Shown here one piece after another: positions 1 to 12,320 of a stretch of DNA of 64,000 nucleotides. The notes beneath the pieces are model-generated. The model had not been told where the DNA came from. It did no database searches and was given only the letters and a program-made list of their open reading frames with translations. The DNA is taken from assembly GCA_039545335.1 (NCBI GenBank), contig BCIN01000001.1:3413136-3477135 (forward strand), given 5' to 3'. Position numbers and translations under genes: made by a program. Origin of the DNA: Kondoa subrosea (taxonomy: Eukaryota). Positions within the stretch are counted from its first letter, which is position 1; each line of letters begins with the position of its first letter.

Positions 1-208
1 ATCCGCATACACTTGATGGCACTGTGAGCCCGAGAGCAGAACAGAATCGTGTATATTACTTACGATGACCAGCTATGAGCTCTTGAGAGTCCTCTTCCAC
101 ATTTGCATTTACAGAAGGCAGCGCAAGTTTTGCTGATATATCAGGTTTGGCTTTCTTTGCTGCAGGTTGCTGAACTTTGCCATTTGATTTACGCTTCTTG
201 TTTGCCAT
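1..208 (-). CDS. 5' part of an unidentified gene running off the window edge (Lys-rich, NLS-like N-terminus)
   Basis: ATG at 208 reads MANKKRKSNGKVQQPAAKKAKPDISAKLALPSVNANVEEDSQELIAGH up to a GTAAGT donor near 63; no family recognised. Confidence 0.5.
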
Positions 209-391
209 TTTTGACTTCCTAGACTTGCTCTACAAAGTTGATACAAAGCGCGGTCGACGTTTAATGATGAGCTTTCATTTCTCGCAGTTAAATAGTCAAG
301 CCTTGGTCAAGCCTCTGAAAGGAAGATGAAGGATGTGTATGAATGCTATGCGTTGCTCTAGTGTACAAGTATAGACAGAGTATTCAGTATT

Positions 392-1957
392 TCAACGACC
401 ATCCATCTCACTCAATCCGATCGAGCTTCCAGGTCTTGAGATACTCAGTCCACTGACTGCCTGACTCAGTGTCCTCTCTTGCCAAGGTATCGGACTTGTT
501 CTTCCAAACAAACCATCGACTGTTGCTCGTTTCGGTGATTTAGGCATCTCATCTTCCGATAAAGGATTGAAACCTCTAACGCTTCTCTTGGGTTTATGAG
601 CAGCACCATCTTCTTCTTCACCAGAGGAAGTGACTGGAGATTTAGCTCTTGATAACAACCCATCGAACGCGCTCTTCTTTTTCTTGGCCGGCATAGCTGT
701 TCTGTTCTTATCCCGTCTCGCTCTTGCTTTCCTAGCTGATATCCACTCTTCACCAGGTCCTTCGTAAGTGGACCAGATTTGTTCTGAGCAGGGACCGTCG
801 AAAGAAACTCTTAGTTTCTCATGTGCATCTGGTGAACGGAAAGCAAAGACAACCCGTAGTGATTTGTGAAGGTAGTATCGCTGCTTCTGTCCTTCCTTTT
901 GTGACGGTGAACAGAATTGTAAGCGGACTGCATATCGTAAAGAGCCTTTGTTGAACAGATCTGGACTATCCAGCAAAGAGGAAGATAATCTTCGAGAAGA
1001 CGGAGCTGCTGATGTAGAAGATGATGATGCAGAAGGTGAAGAAGCTGTTGATAAAGCATATGATTTCTGTTGAAGAAAAGATTTGCTCCCGCAAGGCATG
1101 GAAGTAAGATCGTAAGGGATAAGAAATAGTTTGACGGCTGTTCGATTTGGATTCTTGATGACTAGCTGGACTTGACCCTTAACCGGAACTCGATAGCCAG
1201 GAAATCGAGGAGGTTGCGGTATTGCTTTAGAAGAGGAAGGCAAGACATCCGAGGAGAGTTGGCTCATGTAGTGTTGTTCTAAGTCTATGTTGCCGACATA
1301 TGGTAAGACTGGACCAGTCTGAGGGAAGAAGAAAGCATCGAATCCAAGGGAAAGATGACTGCCAAATTTAGGTGCCTTGTTCTTGCCTTTGATGTTCGAT
1401 GGACCTGCCTCCGGTTGCGATGCCATAACACCAATTTGAGCTATATATGGGAGAGGTTTCGATGGCGCTTCTGACATCCGCCCGGAAAGTAAAGATGTCT
1501 CGTAGGACCCTGCAAGAGGAGAAGGTGGATGAGGAGAAGGGGAACTTATTGGGAAGGCATGAGACGATCGCCGTCTCGCTTTGCCAGAAGGTGGTGTGAC
1601 AGGCAGAGCCGAAGATTGAGAAGAGAAACAGCTGTTCCCGAAAGTGGACGTATACGAGTTCGAGTCAGCAGGCGATGCCCAGTGATGCTTTGGATTGGAA
1701 GGAGTCGATGGAAAGTTTGTGAGAGAAAGAGGACCGTCCAGGACGATAGAAGAAGGCGAAGTTGAGTAAGCTAACTTCCGGTCATCAATTGGCCTCGGGC
1801 TAGTCCTGCTCAACGGTGAAGTAGGATTGTTTGCTAGAGTACAGAGTCATTATCGGGACCGGATGAGAGGTAGAAAATGCAAACCTTTGGCTTTGATCTG
1901 CTGTAATTGTTCAATTGCATTGTGACTCGATACACTCGCCAGAGGAGCTTGCACCAT
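392..1957 (-). CDS. FAM214/Atos-like protein (DUF4210 + Chromosome_seg-type C-terminal domain)
   Basis: Motifs GSYETSLLSGRMS, PYVGNIDL, GYRVPVKGQVQLVIKNPNRTAVKLFLIPYDL, LRYAVRLQF; phase-1 intron 1884..1834 links ATG 1957 to the 473-aa ORF. Confidence 0.8.
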
Positions 1958-2289
1958 TATGGCCTGATTGAGCTCGACAATGTTATCACAGCTGATTGCG
2001 AGAGGTTGGCCAACTTCACAAAGCTCAGGAGCGCCCGAGCGATAGATGTGCGTTCAAGCCAGTTTCGAGTATAGCCCCCCCCTGTAGCTTATAACCGCTT
2101 GATATGGTATGAAGTAGATCGGGATATATGTGCTTGTTACTTGCAGAAGCTGTCAGCGAGTTTCAAGAAGATCTGTCCAAGTCCAAGTGCTCGCTCGAAA
2201 CAAGTCGAGTTCCCGCTTTCGGTCATGTCGCAGCACAAGATATTGCCTGAGATTTCATTCATGATAGCAGTCTATGTAATGAGCCCTAA

Positions 2290-3683
2290 TTGACTTCACA
2301 TCCAGCTATTTCGGCCGCGATCTTAAGCGCCTTATCGAAATTCCAGTGATGCTTCAAGTAATCCCGCTGTAACCATTCTTCGAGCTTTCGGACCAAGACC
2401 AATGTAGGTGAGCCACAACTGATGACTAGTCTCCACGAACAGTGAGAGCGATCTGTTTCCGACTACAGCATGCCTAGCAAGTGATAAGGATTGGCCAGTA
2501 ACAGCCTAAAGAGGTAAAAGCTTACTACGAAAGCATCGAGCTCGTCTTCGGTGTAAACATCGTCAAGAAATTCCACTACTAGAGACAAGCCGGGATTGTC
2601 CCATTGCTGAATGGAATTGACTATGGATGACCGAATCAGCCACAAGGTGGGCAAAAGATGAAGCAGGACTGTACTCACATAGCCATACTAAAGTCATACA
2701 TTGTTGCAGTTCAAGGTAAGTCAGATCCGCCGGTAGGCTGACCAATGCTAAGCTCGAGACGCCGCCAAACCCAGATAGCGTAAGGCATTTCAATTTCGGC
2801 AGGTGCGAAATGAGGTCTTGTGCCTTCCAGCCAGTAGGACCCCGATTAGTAACTCGCACACCAATTGCTAAGGTGTTGCCATGGCTATCCGAAAAGTCAA
2901 TCAACGATTTTCCATATCGGTCCAGAATGGTAATCAAGTCGTTGGCAAGTATGAGAGGTAGATCGTTCAGATGAAGGCCAAGTAGATGCGAAGCAAGCGA
3001 TGCCATAAGTCTGTCCAATTCGGTCGGTCCAAAGTTGGCCAATCCGGACAAGAAGAGAATTGACTTGAGATCCGAGAGAAGCTGTTGCGAAGAGGTCCGG
3101 TGGAGGCAAACTATTGCCAGCGATAATTAGATGCTGTAAAGCCGGATTTTGCGCCAATTCGTGATATTCCGACCAAGTAGGTGAATCGAGAAAGACGGGT
3201 TGAAGGTGTCCAAAGAGGAAGAGAAGTCGATGCACTGCAAGTTGGATAGAGCGCCTAGACGTTTTAGCGTAGGTATACGGAGCTTAGAGGTAAGAGGAAA
3301 GTCATGGATGTCACATAAGTCAGGCAATAATTGGACAAGACAGCTTGCTGAAGCGCAGTGGCGCAGGAAGATGTCGGCTTTGTCTGATTCCGCCTGTTCT
3401 GGGACCTCAATGTCTGAGGCCCATGGGAATGAAGCACATGGACCAAGCTACGCATGTCTTGATGCTCGCATACATGGCACAAGAAAGCGCTAATGTCGCT
3501 CATTTGCTAAAATCTGATACTCAGATACCAAGCATTCGACAAGAGAACAGAATTGAGGTATTTTGATATGTTGAGAAAGCTTGTAACGCAATTTGGCCCA
3601 TTATCTTCGTCTCCAGCTTTGATGAGAATTGAAGAGAGCAGTTCGACTGGAAGAGATTCTAGACGACTAAGTTGACGAGGCAT
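2290..3683 (-). pseudogene. F-box / leucine-rich-repeat-like protein pseudogene
   Basis: ATG 3683 reads MPRQLSRLESLPVELLSSILIK (F-box-like LP.EL..I), then an in-frame TAG (..LSIRF*QMSDISAF) and several frame changes through LRR-like pieces (LPKLKCLTLSG, LPADLTYLEL); 3' end approximate. Confidence 0.6.
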
Positions 3684-4270
3684 TCTTAGTGTAGGATGGG
3701 ATAAAGAAGGGAGGGTAGCAGTTCAGCTTGATATCGACTTTGGCCCTAGTCCTTGTAAAGCTGCACAATCTTGATTATCAGCTGTATACCAAGCTTATTA
3801 CTGCAAACTCACTGACCTAAAGACTATTCTATTCTCTAGCGCCTCGCTTCGTCTAGCCTTGCTTTGCTCCAGATCTGCGAAATGGTCTAGACACTTGTAG
3901 GCCTCTCGCTGTAATCTCTGGATTGCTGCCAGCCAGACCCTATACTTCTACGCTTGCCTTTACTCAATGCCTTGTCCAAATTCAGTCCAAGAACTGTCCA
4001 GTTGCAACATTTGAAGCTTGAAGTCTTGTTGCAGCCAAACGACTCCTCCCGCCCTAGCTCACTTCGGCTTCAAGCTGATGATCGCATGAGATGGTATCTA
4101 GACAGCCAGGTATACACCAAGCCAGTCTCGGGACCGACAGATGCTCGTTTGAGACGAACCAAGGTCACACCTTTTCTTGGACGAAGCAAGACCATCGGCG
4201 AAACAGCGCTTGCAATAGCTCAGAGAAGTGTCACTCGGTCATAGCAGCAATTAGTTGGGCACAGAAGACA
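3527..4270. repeat. Direct repeat copy 1 (~720-740 bp), paralogous to 8056-8837
   Basis: Long near-identical blocks by eye, e.g. ttttgatatgttgagaaagcttgtaacgcaatttggcccattatctt and gagatggtatctagacagccaggtatacac, at an offset of about 4520 nt. Confidence 0.9.
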
Positions 4271-4453
4271 GACGTATCTACCGTCTATATTGAATTCTAA
4301 TATGCTATTGCTTCGTAAGACAGACTCGGAAACTGCTGCACTTCAAAACCTCGCACTTGCACTTGCACCAATAACCTGGAACGAGATGAAGTATCAGCGA
4401 TGAAATTGCCAGAGCAAAAGAAAACACCACCTTCTTTAGGCAAACGATCCAGT

Positions 4454-5461
4454 TCATACACTGCCGTCGTTTGCATCATTCAAAGGTTGTTGTGCTTGAT
4501 CCTCTGCACCATCGTGATTTCCCTCTTCCTCTCTTTCCTCTTCTAATGAGTTTCCAGCAACCACCTCGATCACTTGACTGTCAGTGCCAATTCTGAAAGT
4601 TGCTGTTCGGAATGCTTGAGAAAGCCAGGCTGCGAAATCAAATCGACTGATCATAGCGACTGTTCCAGCAATCGTAGGTCGTTGAAGACGAGGTAGACGG
4701 GGGTATAATGCGTCTCGAGCGGCATCACTGAGCTCTGCGTAAGCGACCAGCAATGGTAGATAGCTTTACGTACGCATTTGGGTTTGTCATATTGTAGTAC
4801 AAAACAAAGTACCACACCACACCGTGAACGAGAATAATCGTCGTAAGAAATGGGAAGAGAAGAGGAGAGGCATCCAAAGGTATTTGTTCCGCCAACGCAG
4901 GGCTAAAACGGCTGATAAAGCTTCGTAGATTTTCTTCGATCGCGAATGAGTGAGAGAAGAGTAGAGAAACAAAGATCAAGAAAAGAGAAACCAGGTGAGG
5001 AGAAAAGCTCCTTAGTATTCCCAGTGTTCGACCTTGGGCTCGAGTTCTTCTGGCTGTATAATTCGCCTGTAGAGGTGGTATAATAGCAGGCTGCGCAAAG
5101 ACAAAGAAAGTTCAGTGAACAGCTTACAGCGGTGTACTCATGTTTTTTTTTGGGAAATCGAACTTACCACATACCAAAGTAAAAGGCCTGTGAGAGTGCC
5201 TATGACTTCTCCTAGTATCACTATAACGAATGAGGGTATCATTGGGTTGAGATTTGTAAGGTATATAGCTATGGTCTTTGTTTCCAAAAGAGCTCTGGCA
5301 TTTCTTTCTTTCCAAACGCCCATCTTTCCACCAAACCGGTCCTGCACCCCAGTCTGCACAAATAGAGTCCGATTGTCTACAATGTCCTCAGATTGGCCTC
5401 CCAGCGTTCCTTCTGATGGTCTGATGAAGTTCTCAATCCGTATTCTGCAACCTGGTTCCAT
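4454..5461 (-). CDS. Hypothetical multi-pass membrane protein (possibly degenerate)
   Basis: Hydrophobic segments (PSFVIVILGEVIGTLTGLLLWYV; LVSLFLIFVSLLF; LLFPFLTTIILVHGVVWYFVLYY) joined by a GTAAGT..CAG intron (~5167-5091); start codon and second intron uncertain. Confidence 0.35.
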
Positions 5462-5479
5462 TCCTTACGTTATATGCAA

Positions 5480-5851
5480 TCCGGATATGACCTTGTCGAA
5501 TAATCAGGGTGATATGCTTTGTCAAATTCAGTTATCTCCCACGTTGGCAGAGGTTTTCAAGGTACGTATTATTGATTTCATTGTGTCGCGTGTGATTGGG
5601 TTGTGAACTGACCCAAATTTTGACAGCAATTCCAAGCAGCATCCAAGACAATGCAACAAGATCAAATCTCTACAACTGCCTTTGAAGATCTTGCAATTAT
5701 AAGAAGAAATTTCAGAACGGACGCCAACGAAATGGCAATCCTCCGTGCTTCTTCAGCAGCATATGATGAGTATAGAATATTCACTGGGCAAGCGAAGTCT
5801 GCTCGCCAAAGTAATCCCGAATTGTGGCTCAAAGAACCAGAAATATGGTAA
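5480..5851 (+). other. Spliced coding fragment of unknown family
   Basis: ..LAEVFK|GTACGT...GACAG|QFQAASKTMQQDQ..KEPEIW* gives an in-frame join; no family recognised. Confidence 0.25.
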
Positions 5852-6633
5852 ATTTTATCACCTGTATATAAAATGAAGTTGTTCCCAGAAACTTACGTCT
5901 TGCGAATTGTAGGATTGGGTTTGAAGATAAGCTGAAGTCTGGATCTCGAGAAGCGCAGTTATTGGCAAATGTACAATTTTGGCTTCATACACGGATACAT
6001 GCTCTCAAACTCAGTTGTCAGTTCTTCTCATGCGTTTTCTTCTGCTGTAAATGGCTGACTTCTTGTTTCTCATTCTCAACAGCAACGATATATACGTTCT
6101 TGTTCCGCAAAGAACCTTCTCTGTTCTCTCAAATCAAAGACTTCTTTTCACCGACCAAACCCGACCCTGCTTCATTTGACGAGCAACACAAAGCTTCAAG
6201 ACTACGCACCAGTACTTCAAGTTCCCACGACTCTGGTTATACATCTAAAGGAACATCACCGCGGCAAGAGACTGAGGAGTGGAGTACTGTTGATCGGCAT
6301 ACCAAATTGAAAGCCGCTTGATTTGGTATTCATCGCGCATGTCAGGAAGAGAGGTTTCGCTTTCACATTAATTCTTTGCCTCTATTTGTACTCTTGTAAC
6401 GCATGTGCCATTCGTCATTGTATTACATCTACTCAATCCAACTACATGTGCGGAACACTTTACTAGCACTGGCCTTTTTGATCGAACAGCTGGCTTCCCG
6501 CAATGGGTTTCAATAATGACCTATGTATATTCCATTTTGTGCAAAGTTCCTGATACCCATGGCTACCCTTGCATTTCGGTGACGCTGAAGCCACGCTTCA
6601 GCCAGCAAACTCAGATCGACCACTCCGTATGTT

Positions 6634-8065
6634 TTAATCAGCATCCAGATCAATGACGATATCGCTCTTCTTGGGCGGAACACAGTCTTGCCTGACTTGA
6701 AGCCGATCACAGCACGCTACGAATACGCAACAGGTTGAGGCGAAGGTCGCTTAGGTTTAGGCGCACTTGATGTTTTGGCAATCTTGCCGCTCAGAGTTCT
6801 CTGTATTGAAGGTGGAAGTGATGTTAGATCAGGCAAGTCGTCATCATCATCTGAAAGTTCTTGATAGGAAGATTTTCGAGCTGCAATTTATTTCCTGTCT
6901 TTCTTTGGTGATTTGGGTGGTGATTTCCGTTCAATAAGTTCGAGATCTGATTCAGAAAGACTTGAAGCTCTGACTGTTGTTTTGGATGTAGAAATAGAAG
7001 GAACACAAGCAGCAAACATCTTCTCTTGCTTTTCCCACAATCCCAATGGGGATCTTGTAGTTGTCGGACTTGCTTTTGCTCTACTCTTCTTCTCCGTTGT
7101 ACTTGCATCAGGAGAACTGCATTCCACTCCAACAGTCTTGGACTTTGACTTTTCCTTGACTGGGCTCTTGCGAGGTACTTTTTCACCTCTAGCTCTAGCT
7201 TCTTGACTTTTCAATGCTTCAGCTTTCTCCAATTCTTTCTCATGTACCAACTTCTCATATTCACTTCTCATATTCTTCCTTCATATCACCGGCAACAATT
7301 TTCACCAATGCGGCAGGTATCCATTCCCTATAACTAGCTTCAGGTTCCACTATCCTAGATTGTCTTTCTTTTTCATCTTCATCTACCAAGGCTTGAGTTC
7401 CAGCTTGACTTTGAGCAAATCGTTCTGCTTCTTTTTCTTCTTGTTTGCGAATTTCAGCTTTCCCAATATTGACATCTTCTCCTTCGAAACAAGATTCCAA
7501 CTTCTTGTAAAAAGGTAACGGGTTAATATTAATTCGGTATTCATAGACTCCACCAGTGTTATCAGAAGTTCGACGACTGCAAATAGATTCGAACAGTGCC
7601 TTTTCGTTCTTTTCGTGTACAAAGGGAAACCGAGCAATTTTAGGTAAAGCTGAATCTAAGCCATCGGACCGAAGTAACGTTTGTCTTGCGATATAGAAGA
7701 AACAACCTCGATAGAGTACAGGAAGTTTCTTGTAAATGTCATTGTAAGTGAGTTCGAGGTGATTTTGTAGAAAGGAAACGATATCTTTGGGCGAAGGTTC
7801 TAATTGCCAATCGAATGTTCGGGCCAGATGTGGATGAGATCGAGTAGTAGCCGGATCAGCATAAGAAGCGAGTAGTGCTAGATCAGGAAAAGATGTTGGA
7901 ATATCGTCTGCTAAAGCTTTCCTTCTTGATGGCAAATGACCACGAGAATTTGTTCGCAATTCATTCTTGACTTCCTCTCGCCAATCGACTACTGCTGATT
8001 TGAAGGAAGCTTCGGATTTCTGCTCACTGTAGATTGCTAGTAACTGATCGCCGAAACCAAGCACA
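6634..8065 (-). pseudogene. C-terminal fragment of a Yen1/GEN1 (XPG/Rad2-family)-like nuclease lacking the PIN nuclease domain
   Basis: GFGDQLLA..WREEVKNELRTNSRGHL..R..LADDIP.SFPDL..L..Y.DP resembles the post-H3TH region of fungal Yen1-like proteins; broken by a 13-bp duplication near 7250-7275, an in-frame TAA at 6888-6890 and further lesions before a ..DIVIDLDAD* end. Confidence 0.6.
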
Positions 8066-8837
8066 TGGTGAAAGGACGGAAATGAGGCATTTTGATATGT
8101 TGAGAAAGCTTGTAACGCAATTTGGCCCATTATCTTCTCCTCCAGCTTTGATGAGAATTGAAGAGAGCAGCTCGACAGGAAGACATTCTAGACGACTGAG
8201 TTGACGAGACATTCTTAGTATAGGATGGGGATAATGACGCAAGAGAAGCAGTTCAGCTGAACGTCGACTTTTTCCCAAGTGCTTGCAAAGCTGCACAATC
8301 TTGCTCATCAGCTATATCTTGTGACCGACTACAATCTCGCTGACCTGCAGACAAATCGTACTCGTCAGCGCTTTGCCTCGCCTTTAATCCAAATCGCGCA
8401 AATCCTGCCAAACACTTGCAGGCCTTTCGCTCTCTCTTCTCTGGATTGCTGCCAGCCAGACTCTATACTTCTACGCTTGCTTTGCTCAATGCCTTGTCCT
8501 GTTTCAGTTCAAGAACTGTCCAGGTCCAGTTGGAACACTTGAAGTCTTGCTGCAGCCAAACGATTTCTCCCGCCCTAGCTCACTTCGGATTCAAGCTGAT
8601 GATCGCTTGAGATGGTATCTAGACAGCCAGGTATACACAAAGCCAGTCTCGGGACTGACAGGTGCTCGTTTGAGACGAACCAAGGTCACACCTTTTCTTG
8701 GACGAAGCAAGACCTTACTCCAGACAGTGCCGCAATAGCTCACAGAAGTGTTACTCGGTCATAGCAGCAATTGCATGCTGCTGGCAGCTGGCTCAAACGC
8801 TCAAGGACAACTGGGCACAGGCAGCACCGAAGACAGT
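8056..8837. repeat. Direct repeat copy 2, overlapping the start of the RCC1-like gene
   Basis: Aligns to 3527-4270; contains a second F-box start (ATG 8212, minus strand, MSRQLSRLECLPVELLSSILIK, stop after 62 aa). Confidence 0.9.
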
Positions 8838-10011
8838 CACACTTGGACAGATTGCTCCTTCTCTCTGCCTATCACTGCTCTAGCAAGCGGAGCCAATCAT
8901 ACACTGATCTTGGCTGAAGATGCCTCTGTTTGGGTTTCAGGCGATAACAGCAAAGGCCAACTCTCGTCTTCCGTGACTTCTGGCACTTCTTTCCAACGCT
9001 TACACTTTCCGGACGAATACTCTTATTACAAATGTGTCGATGTAGCTGCTTCTTGGGAAACTTCGTTCTTTGTCATGCAATCTCATAATTCTGAAGAAGG
9101 CGATATCGTGCTCTCTTGCGGCTCAAATGACTTTGGATTGCTTGGCCGTGCATCGACGACTGATTCGGACAAGCTAGGACAGGTCAAAATCTATATAACG
9201 GAAATTTATAATGCTACAATACGGATCAAGAGCATAGCAGCTGGTCCACGTCATGTCCTGGCTGTCATAACATCCGATGGAGAAGAAGATATGCTCGTAG
9301 GTTGGGGAGCCGGACGAAAAGGTCAACTAGGACAATTGTTCGCAAAAGGTGAGCAATTTCTAGGTCGTGGGCAGGAGGCTACTTGTTGACTCTCTTCCCG
9401 CTCTTCCTACCGCAGAGACTGACCCTATCCGAATTGCACTGCCTGAGGCCATCATTAAGGCAAAAATCCTGTCTATCGCAGTCGGCAAAGATCACTCGGC
9501 GGTTCTAGTACAATCAGCCTCCAAGCAATATCTTCTGACATGCGGCAGCAACAACAAATCTCAGCTCCACGAATCATCTGCTAAACATCGAGAAGAACAA
9601 GGTTGGCATATCATCGATACTGCTTCCGCTTTCGAATCTACTATCATCTGTGTTCATTGTACTTGGAACAGTACTTTTTTGCTCACTTCCTCTCATCAAA
9701 TCTTCAGTTTCGGAGCAAATGATTTCGGGCAGCTTGGGCGATCTTCCTCCGGTTCTCAACTGGTCAAAGATCTTAGTAACGTACAATCTTTAGTCTGCGG
9801 AAGCGAACATGTTTTAGCTGTTGTTGGGACGGATGACGAGGAACAAGCGGTCCTTGGCTGGGGTTGGAACGAGCATGGAAATTTAGGTCATCTGGATCAT
9901 CCTCATACAAGTAAAGCGGAAACACTTTGGACTGGCTCGCTTGAAGAAGAAGTCAAGGTCTTCGCTGGTAATGGAACAACTTGGATACGTAATCAGCCTG
10001 TAAAGTCGTGA
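8775..10011 (+). CDS. RCC1-repeat protein, Ats1/Kti13-like
   Basis: MLLAAGSNAQGQLG, SGANHTL, GDNSKGQL, GWGWNEHGNLG RCC1 repeats; one GTGAGC..CGCAG intron near 9349-9415. Confidence 0.85.
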
Positions 10012-10460
10012 AGCGCGAGTCTGTCAATGTGCAAACAACTTTGGCACTGCTTACTGCTGTATCCACTGCATGTTGTGGGTGTATGTGCTTTTCAAGCATA
10101 GATCACGTCTGATCTGCGTCCTCTAGGGAGCTGGCGGCTGTTTGGCTATGGCGCGGACAATGACAGACTTATATGTCTTGTCTCGAATCGCTCGATCGAA
10201 ATTGCTGTGGAGATCTTGGTTCTTCTTCAGCTCCTAAAGACAATGACATGACACTGAAGATGCCAAGGGTGAAACAAACGTATCACGTAGAAATCAGCAC
10301 AAGCAGGTTTGTATATGTTTTGATCTCTGGCAACTTCAAGCAGTCGGGAATATACAGCCATTATTCTGCAACTGCACTTCTATTGTCTTCTCATGTGCCG
10401 AGGCTTTCCTTGAATGCCTCACATAGATATTACGTAATACAGCATACTTTGATTGCAGTT

Positions 10461-12280
10461 ATGCTCGCTTGTTACTCTGCATCGACCCAGCTCGTGCCCC
10501 TTGGGACTTTGAGAAGCTACTGAGACAACTCTGCTCTAGAGAATGCAACGCAATATCCTCATCTATCTGTTCACGGTGCGCTGAAGTGCAGAAGCTTATA
10601 ATCACAGCATACTGACAAACTGCTTCAGAGCTTCTCTGCTGTCTCTGTGCTCGTCTTTCTCAATGCATCCACACCTTTTGTCCTGTCTTTCCTGCTTCGC
10701 GTCCCATCTGACCAAGGTTCGCCCTTCTAATGACTAATTTGAAACAGCTCACGTCTCGCTCATAGTCGCCTCAAAGGCTGGCACACTCCTGCTAGCGGAC
10801 GAGCTACTGGCCCTGCCATGCGTAATCTTCTGGGGTTGGCTACTGAATCGATCGATAACTCGCACAGCAGCAATTGGTCATCTACTTTTAGCGATAGCTT
10901 TAGTCGCCTACTCGTTGTCAAGGAACACCTACCCACAATTACTTCTGTCACGGCTGATTTTCGCTGTATGTAATTTGCCCGTGGCAAGACATAGCTGATG
11001 ATGAATCTAGCTCGGCGCGTCGTGCTGCGCGACAGCCATTACCAGCTTCCTCACTGTACTTGGAGGCTCAGCAGCTGAGAACAAGTCAGAGATGCCAGTA
11101 GCTGAAGAAACCGTTTCTCTGCTGCCCAAGGTTTCAGCTCGACCCGCTCCAGCTAAAGCATTAGATGCAGCAAAGCTAGCAGGAGTAGTAGGATTGACGT
11201 CCGGATTGGGAGCATTGTTAGCTGTCTTTGTTTGGCTTCGACTACCGACTTTCCTCTCCTTCACTTCTTCTTTCGGTGTCGGCCTACAACGAGTGTACTG
11301 GATTGTAGCAAGCATGTCCGCTTTCAGCTCAATGCTAATATCCTTCGGCATGAAGATAGATCAAAAGTCAAGTGCAGGCGATGCAGGCTTTGTTATCAAG
11401 AAGGAGATCAAGGCTTTGTTTGCTGGATTCGAATTAGGAATCAAGCATGTGGATCTATCTTTGGCATATTTCACCGCACTTGTGGCTCGAGCGTATGTGC
11501 TCTGGCATAGATTTGACTTTGATTTGACCTCAGCTTCTAGTCAACCTGTTTCCGTTACGCTTTTCATTCCCATACTGGTGAATAGCTATTACATTAACAG
11601 CGGCTTGTGCGACGTGGACTCGCCAACAGCCTCTCCAGAAGAGATCAAACAAAGATGTCATTCAGCTTTCGCTCTGGCTTCGTCATTGACTGGAACAGTT
11701 CAGGTGCGTTATACTGTCCATTCAAGCAGCTCTTCGGACTGAAGCTAAATGTCTTTTAGCTCGTGTCCCTGCTATGCGCAGTACCCGTTGGCTTCTACGC
11801 AGCTCGCAAGCAATCTCCAACGCGAGTCCCAAAGCTTCTTCTGGCTTCACTTCTTTGCGGCTCCTTAGGGTTTTTCATCTTTGGCTTTTTGCCTGATTCA
11901 GATCCAAGTCAATTTTTATTCGTTATTCCTGCAGCTATTTTCATGGGCCTATCGCAAATCTTTGCTATTGTACTGTCGATGACCCTATGCAGTCAAGCGA
12001 GAAACAATCTGCTAGAAGGAGATGAAGGAGAAGTAGCTGGCTCGATAGCTGGAACACATGCCTTGTCAGTCGTTCGTACTTCTGCTTAGATATCGCTGAC
12101 GGATTGAGCAGCTTTGGTGGATGTGGCATTCTACTGGTCAGCAAGTCCGGCTCATTTTTGGGTGGATATGCAAAAGAGACGCTTCCTTTCATTGTTGTCG
12201 GAGTACTCGATGCAGTAGCAGCAGCTTTCGCAGCATTTGTATGGTTCAAACATAGCAAGAATAACAATGTACGGATATAG
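10461..12280 (+). CDS. Major facilitator superfamily transporter
   Basis: Spliced exons give ILIYLFT|SFSAVSVLVFLNASTPF, KLAGVVGLTSGLGALLAVFVWLRLP and GSIAGTHAL; many hydrophobic segments; start approximate. Confidence 0.75.
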
Positions 12281-12320
12281 AAATGTAAAATATACATGTG
12301 GTAACGGACCTCTTCCTCGT

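Noticed and set aside
3507..3509. Stop-codon reassignment or A-to-I correction of the in-frame TAG
   Set aside because: TAA, TAG and TGA all end conserved genes in this window, and the same gene also has frameshifts
3527..8772. LTR retrotransposon
   Set aside because: No gag/pol, primer-binding site or TG..CA ends seen; the repeats consist of host gene starts
10012..10460. 116-aa ORF or ncRNA between RCC1 and the MFS gene
   Set aside because: No recognisable motif or structure; its 3' end is the first MFS exon read into the intron
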